From: Lama glama
Lineage: Eukaryota
Assembly (NCBI GenBank): GCA_028534125.1
Contig: CM052818.1
Coordinates: 10,604,001 to 10,668,000 of the forward strand
Length of the DNA: 64,000 nucleotides
Direction: 5' to 3'
Positions 52,441 through 64,000 of this stretch are shown here, in pieces; position 1 is the stretch's first letter; each line of letters begins with the position of its first letter. Position numbers and translations under genes: made by a program. The notes beneath the pieces are model-generated. The model was not told where the DNA came from, searched no databases, and saw nothing but the letters and a program-made list of their open reading frames with translations.

Positions 52441-53479
52441 TTAAGTTGTCTTGACAGGACTCTGGAAAGTGAGAGGACTGGGGTCCCAGTGTGAAATAAA
52501 TAGCAGGCATCACTTGACCCTCATTCACATCAACCTGATGAGGATGGACCCCAAGTCCATGATACAGAGCACTCCCCTCATTGCCAGGATGGTCCCAGCT
52601 GAGCCTCTTATATCCAAGAGCACTCACTCTGCCAGCATCACCCAGTCCTGAGGAGAAATGAGTGAAAACAGAACTTGTTTGAAAGTTTTAAGTGCTTTGT
52701 CCATGTCATTCATATTTTAATCCAGGCAGTATGTATTGCATCTTATATCCTTAAAGTCTTCAGGGTGCAAAATATGGGCACTAAGATTATATATGTGAAC
52801 TCAGGTGTGCACAGAGCTTTGAATTTGAGCTCCTGCTCATGCCAACAGAAAGAGAAGTAGCAGAGATACAGGTTGGCCATTGGAGTCCAAATTCTCTACT
52901 TAGGTTCTCCATATTTGCCCCAGGGTTACCCCCAAAACAATTACCTTATGAAGCAAACAGTACTTTTTTTTTTTTTTTAAAGACTGATGCCATACGAAAG
53001 AGGAAAATGAGAAACATAAAGGAGGTTTGGGAATGTGAGGGGGAAGAAAAGGGGAAAGAAACATTGTAATTGCTAGTGGTATTTCAAACTGATTTTAGTT
53101 ACCATTAAATTAAAATTGCAACTAGATGTGAACTGACACTTCTTCCCCTTAAAGTGTTCTGATACACATGATAAATACTTAATTTAGGAGATTTAGAAAT
53201 TCTTGATGACATGTCATTATCAGGCATGTCCTCACAGCCGAGTGCTCACAGGTACCTACAAGAGTATGTATGCAGGCATCTCTATTGCATTTGGTGTTTT
53301 TTTTTCTTTTTTCTTTTGTGCTTTTGTTTATTTGTTTTGTTTGTATAATCTCTCAAATCCAGCCACAGTCTGTTCTTTTTAGCATCAATCTTGTTTCCCT
53401 TCCACCCCATCCCCAATTCTCTTTTTTGCATGATGAGGTCTCAGGGAGTATAGAGGGTGGGGTATGGCAGGGAAAAAAA

Positions 53480-54800
53480 CTACTAAATTATAACATTTTA
53501 TGGATTGTCAAGGCTCTAATGACATTAGCCACCTAACTGCAAGGTAAAAACCTTTGTGATGTCATATAACAGGTTGCTATGGGCTTGACAAACCTTTGTG
53601 CAATAAGCAAGGGAAAGGGGCTGAAAAATGCCCACAACACACATCTCTCCGCCACCCCCACGGGTGTATCGCCACCCGTGGATGTTCCCTTCTTGCTTAT
53701 TAGCCCCTGAAGGGCATTTTTAATATAAAATATATATAAAGTCTTCCAAATCAGAAAGGTCTCCAAGTCTCCAATTTAATTGGAATGGAAAATGCTAACT
53801 AATTGGCATCAAAATTTGATTTGTGAGAGAAACCTCCTTTTTGTTGGAAACACAACAGTGTGTCTGGGAACACAAGCCCAGTCCTTCAAAAATCATCCGT
53901 GAGCGCCGCCGAGGAATCAATTAAAGTTGATTTGGCATATCTGCTTTTGACAAATATAAAGAACTCTCTGATTAGGCAGAGAAGAAAAGAGGCTTTCTCT
54001 TTCTTGCGCTCTCTTCCTCTCTCTTTCCTCTGCCTCTTCCTCTCTTCTCCTCATTTCCCTTTAAAGGCAGTAGGTGTCAGAAGGGGGTGGGTAGTGATAT
54101 GCAAAACACGGCCTCCATAACCAAAGTAGCCTGCAAAATTAGGTGTCAGCATGCAAAGCTTATTGATGTATGAATGCGGAAAATGAAAGGCGGCAGTAGA
54201 CAGCCGGGGCTAAAGGTGAGACAGGCACAGCGAGAGCAGCTGTAGATCCACGTCAAGGTGTTGCTATATGAGCTCGGGTTTTTTCTGGAGGGCCACAGCC
54301 TAACAAGGTAAGCCTGGCCAGGAAATGATGGAACAATACAATCTAGGCACACACAGTGTGAATACCAAATAAATTGACGTGGTGTCTCACCCCCACCCCA
54401 ACACACACATATAACCCCTCCTCCTCCTGCACTGCCACCCCCCCTTCAAAGTATGCCTGTGTATTCATTAATAAATTCATATTCTGAGTTTTCAATAAAA
54501 GAAGAAAATGCAGTGTAAACTGGAGTTACTTAGTGACACCCAGCTCATTGCTTTTTATTGTTGCTTGCAGCTACGAAGCCTTCACAGTGCACTAGTAGAA
54601 TTTATTACTGTCTGTCTCTGTAGCAAGTTGGCGAAGTGCGCCTTTTGAAGAAAATTGACCCACACTTCATGAATATGATGAAAAATGCCAATAACACTAC
54701 AAAGACGAAGCTCTTGACATTACTCTGCAAAGAGCTAAAAGACAGTAATGAAAGTATTGCAATTACAAATCATTACCTCCTCTCCAGCCAATCGCCACCT
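53480..54800. promoter_or_regulatory. Repeat-free candidate regulatory block, possibly a lncRNA start
   Basis: TTTTATGG, two AAACCTTTGTG copies, TTGGCA sites, retained CpGs, and splice-like sites. Confidence 0.45.
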
Positions 54801-57800
54801 TCCCTCCTCTTTTTTTCTTTTTTCTTTTTTTGACCACTCTCAAGCTTTGCCGGCTGCCCTAGGTGCCGTTTTGCACAGCATTATGGGAAATGATGGAGGA
54901 TGGGTGAAAGCTCCAACTGACTTCTGGAAGAAGGGAAAAGGAGATAAGAGGAAAAGAAGGAAGGGTCGGAGGGACCATGACAAAAGTGCCCCTCCTATTG
55001 CACCTGGACAAAGAAGGTATAAATGAAAAGTTCTTAAAGCCGATGGTCAGAAGATCATGCGTTTCTTGTGTGGCCTCTTCCATCTGAATGTTGGACTAAG
55101 AACACTCCACCTGCTTTCTTACTAGAGCTGCTCCCTTCTGGTGGGTCCTTTTAGTCTAACTTTTAGGAAGAGCACTCCTAATCTTTTATCTTTTATCATT
55201 CGTTAGACTCCAATTCAGACATTGCCAAGTGAAATACCAAGAACATATAGTAGTGTGTTTTCAGCATTAGAAACTGGCCTATCTTCTTATCCTAAAAGTG
55301 GTGCTGATAGGGAAATATACACAAAATGTTATGATAAAAGTGGTGCTCACAAAGTCTAAATAAGGAGAGAGAGAAACTAACTTCAGACTGTAACTTTAGA
55401 CTTTAATGTGTTAGAAGGATGCAGGCCTTTGTCCGTCATGTTTTGACAGCTTTCTGACATGGGTCTTCTGCTGCGTGTGCTTTCACTGCTGATCTGTAGA
55501 GTCTTGGTTTGCTTTGTTTTCAGTTTATGGGGGCTGTGTGGAGCGAGTGTACGTGAACACATGCATTTCTTGACGCCTGTATGTCTTACCTAGAAAGACA
55601 GCAGAATTATCCTCTGCTTACGCTAAGACAGGAGGCTATTAAAATTTTTGAAATTTTATATGGAGTATATGGAGTCAGAAATAGAAGCAGGGGGAAATTG
55701 TAAAGGAAAGAAAGTGGCAGCTTCAGAAACCTGCTTGGGGAGAGGAGAAACAGAACAAAAGCAGAAACTGTGGCATGGTTACTTGACTTTGAGGTGGTCC
55801 TGCTGCCTCCAGGTACTCTATCCTAGCTCCTGCTGGAAGTTTCATTTTGCTCTCTGATGCTGCTGGAAAGTAGATCTAATTGGAGATTCAGTTTGATTCC
55901 ATAATAATCTATTAGAAGTGCAAATTCCTCTGGGAAGTATAGACTATAAATCATTAACACATTAGTATGAAATAGCTATATCACATTTACTTTCCTTCTA
56001 AAATCTAGCTAAACTTCTGATTTGTAATAGAACACAGAGTATTTTGCATCATGAAACACTGAAGTAGGGAGAGGGTGGAGACTAAGTCTAGGTGGATCTG
56101 GGCAATGTGGGGCTTAGACTATGCTGAAGGAATTAATTTTCGGGGAGAAGAGCAATAGGGGGCAGAAGATATATCTAGGATTGAAGGTGAAATTGGGGCT
56201 AAAATAACGTAGCCCATCTCAAACTGTTGTTTGAGATTAGGCCTTTGACCAGAAAATGGAGAGAAGGCATACTCTCCTCTTCCTGTTTGTCCTTTCTTTC
56301 ATAGTAAATGTTCCTTTACCATTTTCAAGTACCCAGAATTTAGATTAATTGAACCATTGTTGTGAATTACCTTTCGTGAGCTAGCCTGAGGGTCTGGGGA
56401 CCCAAGTCATCAAAAAAATCATTGTTTATATGTCAAAATGCATTGTAGGATCCCCAAACCCAACTTATTAACTGCAGCTCACACTTCCAGCATAGGATGT
56501 GTACCATGAGCTCTGGCGGTGGACTGGATATAGGTGCCTACTGGGTGGACATGCCTGCCAGATGCTCATGAGATTGAGGAACAACCATGGCCATTTAATC
56601 CATTCTCCTTCCTTCAGGCAAGGAAATACTTACATTCCAATAACTCTGAACTTTTATAGTTTATTTCATCTTTTCAAAAATCCCTTACATTTATTAACAC
56701 ATTTACTTACTTAATGATCTCATAGCTGAGAACATTCAGGTCCAACAGTCCCAGCCTGTGGACCAGGTTGTCAGCTAAGGACCTGTGGCAGAAATGATAT
56801 TACCCAGAATACACACCATCACACCTCTCTACCATATCCATGACATCCATTACCAATGGACTAAAATGATCATTTTTCACTAAGACTCAGAATCCTACTA
56901 GGGAACTCCTATTGATGGATCAAATTTGGCATGCCAGAGTAGATCTATTTGTCATCCATGGGCTTTACCAGTTCATTCAGTGTCAATATCCCTAGCAAAG
57001 TCTTCTCCTTAGGAATAGCGATTGGCCAGTGCATCTCCTAAAGGGGAAACTAAACCTCTGAATGATCAAGATAATAACATAAGGATCCATTTCTCATTCA
57101 TTCATTCCTTCATTCCACATAAATATAGTGAGTGCCTATTATTTGCCTGGAACTCTTCTGGGCCATGTAGTTACATCAGTGAAACTGTCTAAGGTTTAAC
57201 TGTGAAGCAAGATCAAGTGGCTAAGCTGTCTAATACACAACTGGAAACTGGCCTGCCAACGAGCAGAGCCGTCTGGGTGGAAGATAGAATTAGACGGAGC
57301 CATCCTTCTCTGCGGGGCAGCAGTGCAGTGGGAGGAGCCTACAGAAGTAAATATAAAATAACACTGGGGCTTCTGACTAGACCCTGGATTCGTACTGCAT
57401 GGAAGCTTTGTTTTACATTTAAAAAAAATGAGATTTACAATAAATTACTTGCTAGAAAAGGACAGAAGTGACTAGGAGAGTAGCAGCCACTAAGAAACAT
57501 AGCTGAGATGCATACATAAATGCAAATATGACATAAACTGTGTATCTACAAGTATCCATGTCGCTAAATTTGCCCAACCCTCAGAGGACTTTGCATATGC
57601 TCTTCTGTTTTCTGTGTGAGTCAAAACATGACTTTTCTCATAGAAAGAATGGTAGAATTGAGGCTGGAACTGGAAGCCAAATGGGCTCCTAGAGGGAGGG
57701 GACTATGTTTGTATTACTGGATCTGGCATAGAGTCTGGTGTATAGTTGGTGCTCAGTTAATAATGGTTGAATCAAAATAGTCAGGATTTTCAGGAAATTT

Positions 57801-57957
57801 GGTAAATGGAATTGAATTTGATGTGATACCAGGGTATTTGCATGAAATTGCAAAGACAGACTGACTAAGTACTGTAGACCCAGATACTCAGTAAGTATTA
57901 GTAGATACTCATAAATATGGATTTCTTTTCCCAATTTCTTTCATTTCTGTTGACCTG

Positions 57958-58372
57958 GTGTGTGAATTAGGCTAACACCATTTTAAGCTACTATGACAAA
58001 TAACTCCCCAAATGTCAGTGCTTAAACACACTAGATGTTTATCTCTCACTAACATTAAAAGTCCTATGTGGGTATTCCTGGTTGTCAGGAAGCTTTCCTC
58101 CACATAGGATTAGATTTCTTCCATTTTATGGATTTGCTGTTCCTTATGGCCCTGGTGTCCTCTATAACCAGCCAACAGACAAGGGATGGAAGTGTTTCAA
58201 AGACACAAAACTGAGCCTCTCACACTCCACTGGTAAGAATCCTTTCAGAACCCACCTAATGCAAGAGGGGCTGGGAAATATGTTCTCTGACTGGGCACCG
58301 ACTTCCTGGTGAAAATGGTGCACCGTGGAAGTGGAGTGGGGATTTTTGGTAGACAGTTTACCATCTTGCACA
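57958..58372 (-). mobile_element. Old MaLR LTR (MLT1-type)
   Basis: gctactatgacaaataactccccaaatgtcagtgcttaaacacactagatgtttatctctcac...cacctaatgcaagaggggctgggaaat. Confidence 0.65.
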
Positions 58373-61300
58373 CAGAGGAGATGGTCAAGCCATGGCAGCT
58401 TCAGGTATAAGGTGGTTCAACAAGTCAAACTTTCCCTACCCACTGCTGCAGATCAAATTTTATCATTAGTCATCCTTTTAGCTTATTCCCCTCACAATTC
58501 CTCACTCAAAATTCAAAAACGTGAAGTGGCAATAACACGCTTAGCTGGTTCACATTAAGGAAGGCAGTCTGAGAAAGCAGACCCCTTGGCTACAAAATAG
58601 GATAAAATAAGTAGTTAGAATCTGTCTAGGGTCATTCTCAACGTCCAGGCCCCAGGTGGAATGTAAGTCAAAAAGAGTCCTCAGGGAGCTGATGGAACGA
58701 TTGACAAGAAGACACCCCTTCAGGCCTGCTAGGTAGATGCTTCCTGATAAAATGATCAAAGGCTCCTAAGGAAACCCTCCCCATCGCATTTGTCCTGATG
58801 TAGCTCCACTCAGGGAACTCTCACAGCACTTCCCAGAGCCTGTTGGGTCTGCAGGCAGCAGCGTTCTCCAGTTTGCCTGCGTTGCTTGTCCCGGCCACCT
58901 TCCTCCTCTTCTGCGTATTTAGGGGCTGCCTTAGTAGGAAAAGGGTAAAAATCTGATGTGAGACGTGCAGTCAGTGGGCTTTGGTCTGAGAAACTTCTAC
59001 AGGTGGCGGAAACAATAACATCAAAGTAAAAGGCCATCGACATGGGTGTCATAAAGACTGGGGCTCGTTTTGGCCTGAAATAGTCATCTCTGTCCTTCCT
59101 GATACTGCCTTTTGCCAGCGTAATCTGTGTTAGAATTGTCATTCAAAAGCTCTGGAGGAAGTCTCATTCCAGCTTGGGGGCGTTGTGACTGGGTTTACAT
59201 CCTTCTTGAACTTGGATTTACTGTAAATATTCTGGTTGGTTTCCATCAAGGCTGATAACTTTTTCTTGAGTGGGCAGGGTGGGCTCCCTTGCTTGTAAGG
59301 GTTGGGTCAGCTGTAGAGCTCAGGAGGGGGTCTGTTTCATTGTGCCACAGCACCGTGCTTCTTGGTGGAAATAAACACCCAGATTATTGAAAGAATGGAG
59401 AGATTGTTGGCAGTTCTGGGTCAAGGTAAGTCAGTAGTTTCACCTTTTTTTCTATTTAGAATTACACTGGGGAGAGGCTGGCCTCAGGTGCTCAGGAAAC
59501 TGGCTATACCTCCTTGTCGCTTGGCCACAGAAATTTGAATGGGTTTGTATACACAGCTCCTTATATTTCAGGCCACTTACTTGTTTTGTAAGTAATGCAG
59601 CTTCTCCCTCAAGTTTTGCATTTGCTCTAAACTAGATGACCGTGATGCCTTGGCTAATGCCTTTTAATATCTAAGCCTTGTACATCTAGTGCTTGGTTAA
59701 TAACAGGGAAAAAGCTCTGGTGACTCACCTTGACCTCAAGAGGGAAAAAACATCCTCTTAATAATCTGGGAGTTTATTTGGATCGAAGGCATACTGCACG
59801 TTACACAGTCTTCTTGTAGACCTGCATGGGTCACAAAGCGGCACCCTTGTTTTTTATTAAGTCAGCAAAGATGTATAAGGGCCAGGCTTGCCGCTTCTCT
59901 GAGAGCCTTCAAATTCATCTTTAATATGTAACCTACTAGCAGAGGAGAAACCCTTACTAAGTTTAATGGGCTTCTCTCTGAGAACTTTTCTAAGTGTATA
60001 ACCTTTGTTGTGACCAAAGGTACATTTTCTAAATGTCCTTAAAAAGGAATGCATGCCCATTTTTAAGGAGTCAATCCATAATCTCTCATGTCTCCTCACT
60101 ATGAACTTTCTCTCTGACACTAAACTGGGAACGACTTGAGGGTAGGGACCAGTACATCGATCAGTGCTCCAAATAGAAGATTGACTGAATACATGAGTCA
60201 GACTTGTTGAATACATGAATGGATGAAGGCTTATTCCCTAGTGGATCTTAACTAGCGGTGGTTTGCACAAAACAGCCACCATAGAAAAGAGTTATTGGCC
60301 CAGAATTTCAGTAGTGCTGAAATTGAGAAACTTGCCATATACATCCCACAATACAGCCTGCATTCAAAATGTCTGGAAGATGGCCTTTGGTCTTTGGAAG
60401 AGTCATTCAGCAAATATTTATTGAACATTGTTTTTCATGTTGAAATTCAACCGCAGCATCCTCCCAGAAAGCCCTCTGACATCTTCTTTTTTCCTCTCCC
60501 ACATCCCTTTTGCCTGTGCTGCCCTTTCCTTCTGCCATCATTTTCTAATAGTTATGGAGAAAAAAAATGAAAGTATACTGCAGGAGGGAATGTTTAGAGT
60601 CAAAAGCATGGCTCTTGCTAGTTACTAATTTAATTGTAGCCATGCTTTTTTTCCTGGACCAGTCTGCAAGAAGACAGACATGTTTATGCTGCCAAATGCT
60701 GCCCTCACACAGCTTGGGCAGCCCTTTGGAGATGGGCATTGAAGGTAGAGAAACACATTCACAGGATGTTTACTCGATTGGTTCTCTCAGAAGCATTTGG
60801 GATGTTTAAACATAGCTTCCAGCATCTCTGTCTTCACATGGCTGCTAAATTGTGGGAAAGCTGTAAATAGAAATAATGGACTCAGTTTATTTTTAATTAG
60901 AAGGCTGCTGCTCATAGCTGAAATCGTGACACTACCGAGCATGTCTTTCTCTCATTTGGAAGGGAAGAATGGAGCGCTCCTAGGGTTTTGGACTTGGGCC
61001 AGGTTCCCTGAGTCTCCTGGTCTCTGAGTCCCTGCAAATCCAAAGCCATGCGGTGGCATGTGGCCGTAGGATGCTTCTCTGCGCTACTTCATAATATTTT
61101 TAGATGTAGCAAGTAATGCTGTTATTTCTACAAAGTTAGAAAGTTGGTTTTGGGAGCCGTTCTATTTGTCTTTTTCTTCATATTTAACTGTTAACATCTA
61201 TCCCTCAATTCAATAAAACTTGTAGAGTCATATTTAAATGTTTTTTTTTCAGTGAAGTTTCTATTAATTTTTTAAGCACATGGGTGGAATAATGTTACTA

Positions 61301-61863
61301 TGTTGCTCACTATCTCCCAAGTAAACTTTATTCTGGGAATATAATATTTATTCATAGACAACATTTCTGGAGTCAAAAGTGTGGCTTTTTCTAGTTACTA
61401 ATTTAATGATTTTTCCCAACTAAAAGATAACATAGGTAGAGCTAGCCTGGTATTTATTTTAGGAAGCCCTGGATGTTGGGAACCTTCATTGTTGTCTCAA
61501 CCTTACATATGGAAGTGGAGAAAATGCTCATCTAAGCAACACCCAACTTGGAATTCCCTGGTAGTGGACAGCAAGCAGCCCTATGAAGATCCAGCTCTAG
61601 GACCAGATGTTCCCCCAAACTCCGTGGTTTACGAAACACTACCTGCTTTGAAAGTGACATTTCTCTCTTCTTCCCTGATACATGAAATTTTCCCCTACTG
61701 GGCTAACAGTTCCTATTCAGCAGCAGTATGCCAAGCTTAAATATGATGATCCATGGAAAGGAAACTTGCTGTAAAGTCTAAGAAGGGGGTTTGATGGTTT
61801 AAATGGATATTCTGGGAGGAAAATTGGTTTAGAGAAAACGAGATATGAAGAGATATATTAGAA

Positions 61864-62192
61864 CTGTGCTGCCCAGTACGGTGGCTGCTTGCCACAGGTG
61901 GCTATTGCACCCTTGAAATGTGACTAATCTGAATTGAGATGTAATGTACGTATTAAATAAACACTAAATTTCTAAGACTTAGTATGAAAAAATGCAAACT
62001 ATCTAGTAACATTTTATATTCAATACATATTGAAATCATTATATTTTGAATATATTGGGTTAGATAAAATATATCATTAAAATTAATTTTACTTATTTCT
62101 TTCTACTTTTGTGATGTGGTGATTAGAAAACTTAAACTTACATTATGGCTCATGCTTGGGACTTGCATTGTATTTCTTTTGGACGGTGCTAT
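61864..62192. mobile_element. MER33 (hAT-Charlie)
   Basis: gccacaggtggctattg...ttgaaatgtgactaatctgaattgagatg...ttaaaattaattt...tgtatttcttttggac, ~330 bp. Confidence 0.8.
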
Positions 62193-62949
62193 TTTAGAAT
62201 GCTGTCCAGGAACAGTCTTGCCTGCCGGAGCTCATTTCCACGGCCCAAAGGTGAAAGTTCTAAATTTTCCACAATTTGGCTTAACCCAAACTACTGTAGT
62301 TTCAAGTTCTATAAGCAGTAAATTCCAGTATCCCATTAAAGCCCCAGAATAGGAGTTAACTTTTGTGTAATCAGGCCTTAAAGGGGTCACTGAGTAGATG
62401 CCATTGTATCTCTGAAAACTCTGGAATTAAATGTGAAGTTCTGAGTGTGTGTGAATGCAATTGGGAAGTTTCTTGACTTTCTTCAGACTCTCCTAAGGAT
62501 CCCTAACCAATACCTGCATTGTGTAATTACAGGGAACCACTGTTCCTACAGAATTGAATGGTGGCTGAACGATACAGAACTGAATTTGGGCAGCATGATG
62601 GTGTTGTCTTGACCCCAAACAGTTTAAGAACTCTCACCCACAGTAGGGGGTCTAAGTGTGGCCTTATCACTCTTTTGTTCTTTAGTCCCAGATGGCTTCC
62701 TGTTGCCTTCCGAATAAAGCTCACATTTTCTAGGATGACTTTTAGTACATATCCATGTATGTTCCAACAACAAAAGTCTGTTCCATGTTCTCAGAGTCTC
62801 ATCTCCATTTAAAAGCCCTGGCTTTGCAGATGCTGTTCCCTCTTCTTGAAATTCCACCAAGCCTTTGTCCATCTAAATTCTACTTAACGTTAAACTAGGT
62901 TACAAGACAGGATGAAAAGAACATGTTTGCTTATTTCTTTCAGGAGTAA

Positions 62950-63600
62950 TATATCAAACACGAAGAGACTTCCATAAATCAGTAATCAAAAGAAGTAAAT
63001 ACAATGGGAATATCAACAACAAATAATAAGAAATTCAAGGAATAGCTAACTATAACCTGTAAACATGAAACGATGCTCCATCAATAAGAGCATTTTATTT
63101 AAATCTGGTGTTTTGATGTGCTAACTACTGTCGAAAACCCTTTCCATAGGCTAATCATTTAATCTCAAAATTCATTCCCACTAATACTTAAACACAAATA
63201 AAAATAACAAATGCCACTCTTGGTAATGTAGGAGACATGGGCACTCTCATATACAATCAGGGGCTAAAATTGAGCAAACATTTTGAAAGCCCTTTTCTTT
63301 TGGTTCTATCTATTCAAAACTTTAAATGCATGCACCCTAGGACTTAGGAATCACACTTTTAGGAATCTGTCCTACTCAGATATTAGGAGGAATGTATAAA
63401 AGTGTAGGTGTAAGGCTTTATTGATAATGATCTAGATTGGTTAAATAAATTCTGGAATAATCCTGTAATATAGTCACTGAAAAGGAATCAAATTCACCAG
63501 TATGGACTCATTTGTGAAAAGAAGTATAAACATTATTAATTGGGAAACATACACAGTATAAGATACATAGCTTGATTTTACTTTTTAAAACAAAATATAC
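62950..63600 (+). mobile_element. Old L1M (L1ME-like) fragment
   Basis: ggcactctcatatac...ttttgaaagc...aaatgcatgcaccctaggacttaggaatcacacttttaggaatctgtcc...gattggttaaataaatt. Confidence 0.65.
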
Positions 63601-63611
63601 ATGTGCATATG

Positions 63612-63860
63612 TAGTAATACTACTGCTGTATTTATTGAGTCTTCACTGTGTGCCAGGGACTATTTATATTCATTTTCTCACTTAATTCTTAAAACAGACC
63701 TAGAATACATTCTTTTATTAACTCCACTTTAGATATTAGGAAAGAAATACAGAGGCAAGTTAAGTAACTAGCCTTAGGTCACACAACTAGCAGGTGGTTG
63801 AGCTGTGACTTGAAGCCAGCCAGTTAGATTTCAGAGCTAGTTTTCTTAACCACTGTGCTG
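63612..63860 (-). mobile_element. MIR SINE
   Basis: tttattgagtcttcactgtgtgccagg...ttaagtaactagccttaggtcacacaactag...tcttaaccactgtgctg. Confidence 0.85.
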
Positions 63861-64000
63861 TTGGAAAGCGGGTGAATACACATTTACAGGAGAGCAAATT
63901 ACAAGTGTTAAAGCCTCTGCACTGTACTGTTAGCCCTTTGTAAACTGATATTGGAAGCAGGGAGGAAGAGACTTACACCTTTTTGTTTTATATACTTCGG

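Noticed and set aside
54636..54833. 65-aa ORF with a natural-looking N-terminal half
   Set aside because: It has a GTG start, no recognisable homology, and ends in a poly-T/Phe run. It is better explained as non-coding sequence.
57105..57120. TCCTTCATTCCAC resembling the 5' part of miR-205
   Set aside because: The match stops after 13 nt, lies in a (TTCA)n L2 tail, and has no precursor hairpin.
1..64000. ORFs in the six-frame track (60-158 aa)
   Set aside because: None resembles a protein family I recognise. Many start at non-ATG codons, overlap MIR, L2, MER or microsatellite sequence, or are low-complexity. Their sizes fit chance in mammalian non-coding DNA.

Overview
This is non-coding mammalian genomic DNA, probably from a camelid, judging by a tRNA-derived SINE at ~1396-1520 that resembles Vic-1. 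I found no recognisable protein-coding exon, rRNA, tRNA, known miRNA or prokaryotic-type system. The supplied ORFs are short and look like chance or repeat-derived frames. Much of the window is old interspersed repeats: MIR, L2, MaLR MLT1 LTRs, hAT and Tigger MERs, and two L1M 3' ends. Between them lie several repeat-poor blocks (~2.9-5.5 kb, ~27-29.3 kb, ~31.9-34.0 kb, ~53-56 kb) with locally raised CpG and clustered homeodomain, POU, SOX/TCF, ETS and CRE motifs. This pattern suggests a large intron or gene desert with enhancers and possibly lncRNA exons; I could not identify the host gene. The most unusual sequence features are a ~55-bp-arm inverted repeat fused to an ~87-bp tandem array (20864-21150), a 136-bp nested palindrome (16056-16191) that shares a central 13-mer with it, candidate spliced non-coding exons (32152-32282 on minus; 54.2-54.6 kb and 59351-59425 on plus), and a perfect CTCF core at 36999-37012. 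Repeat families were assigned by eye from remembered consensus sequences, and boundaries are approximate.
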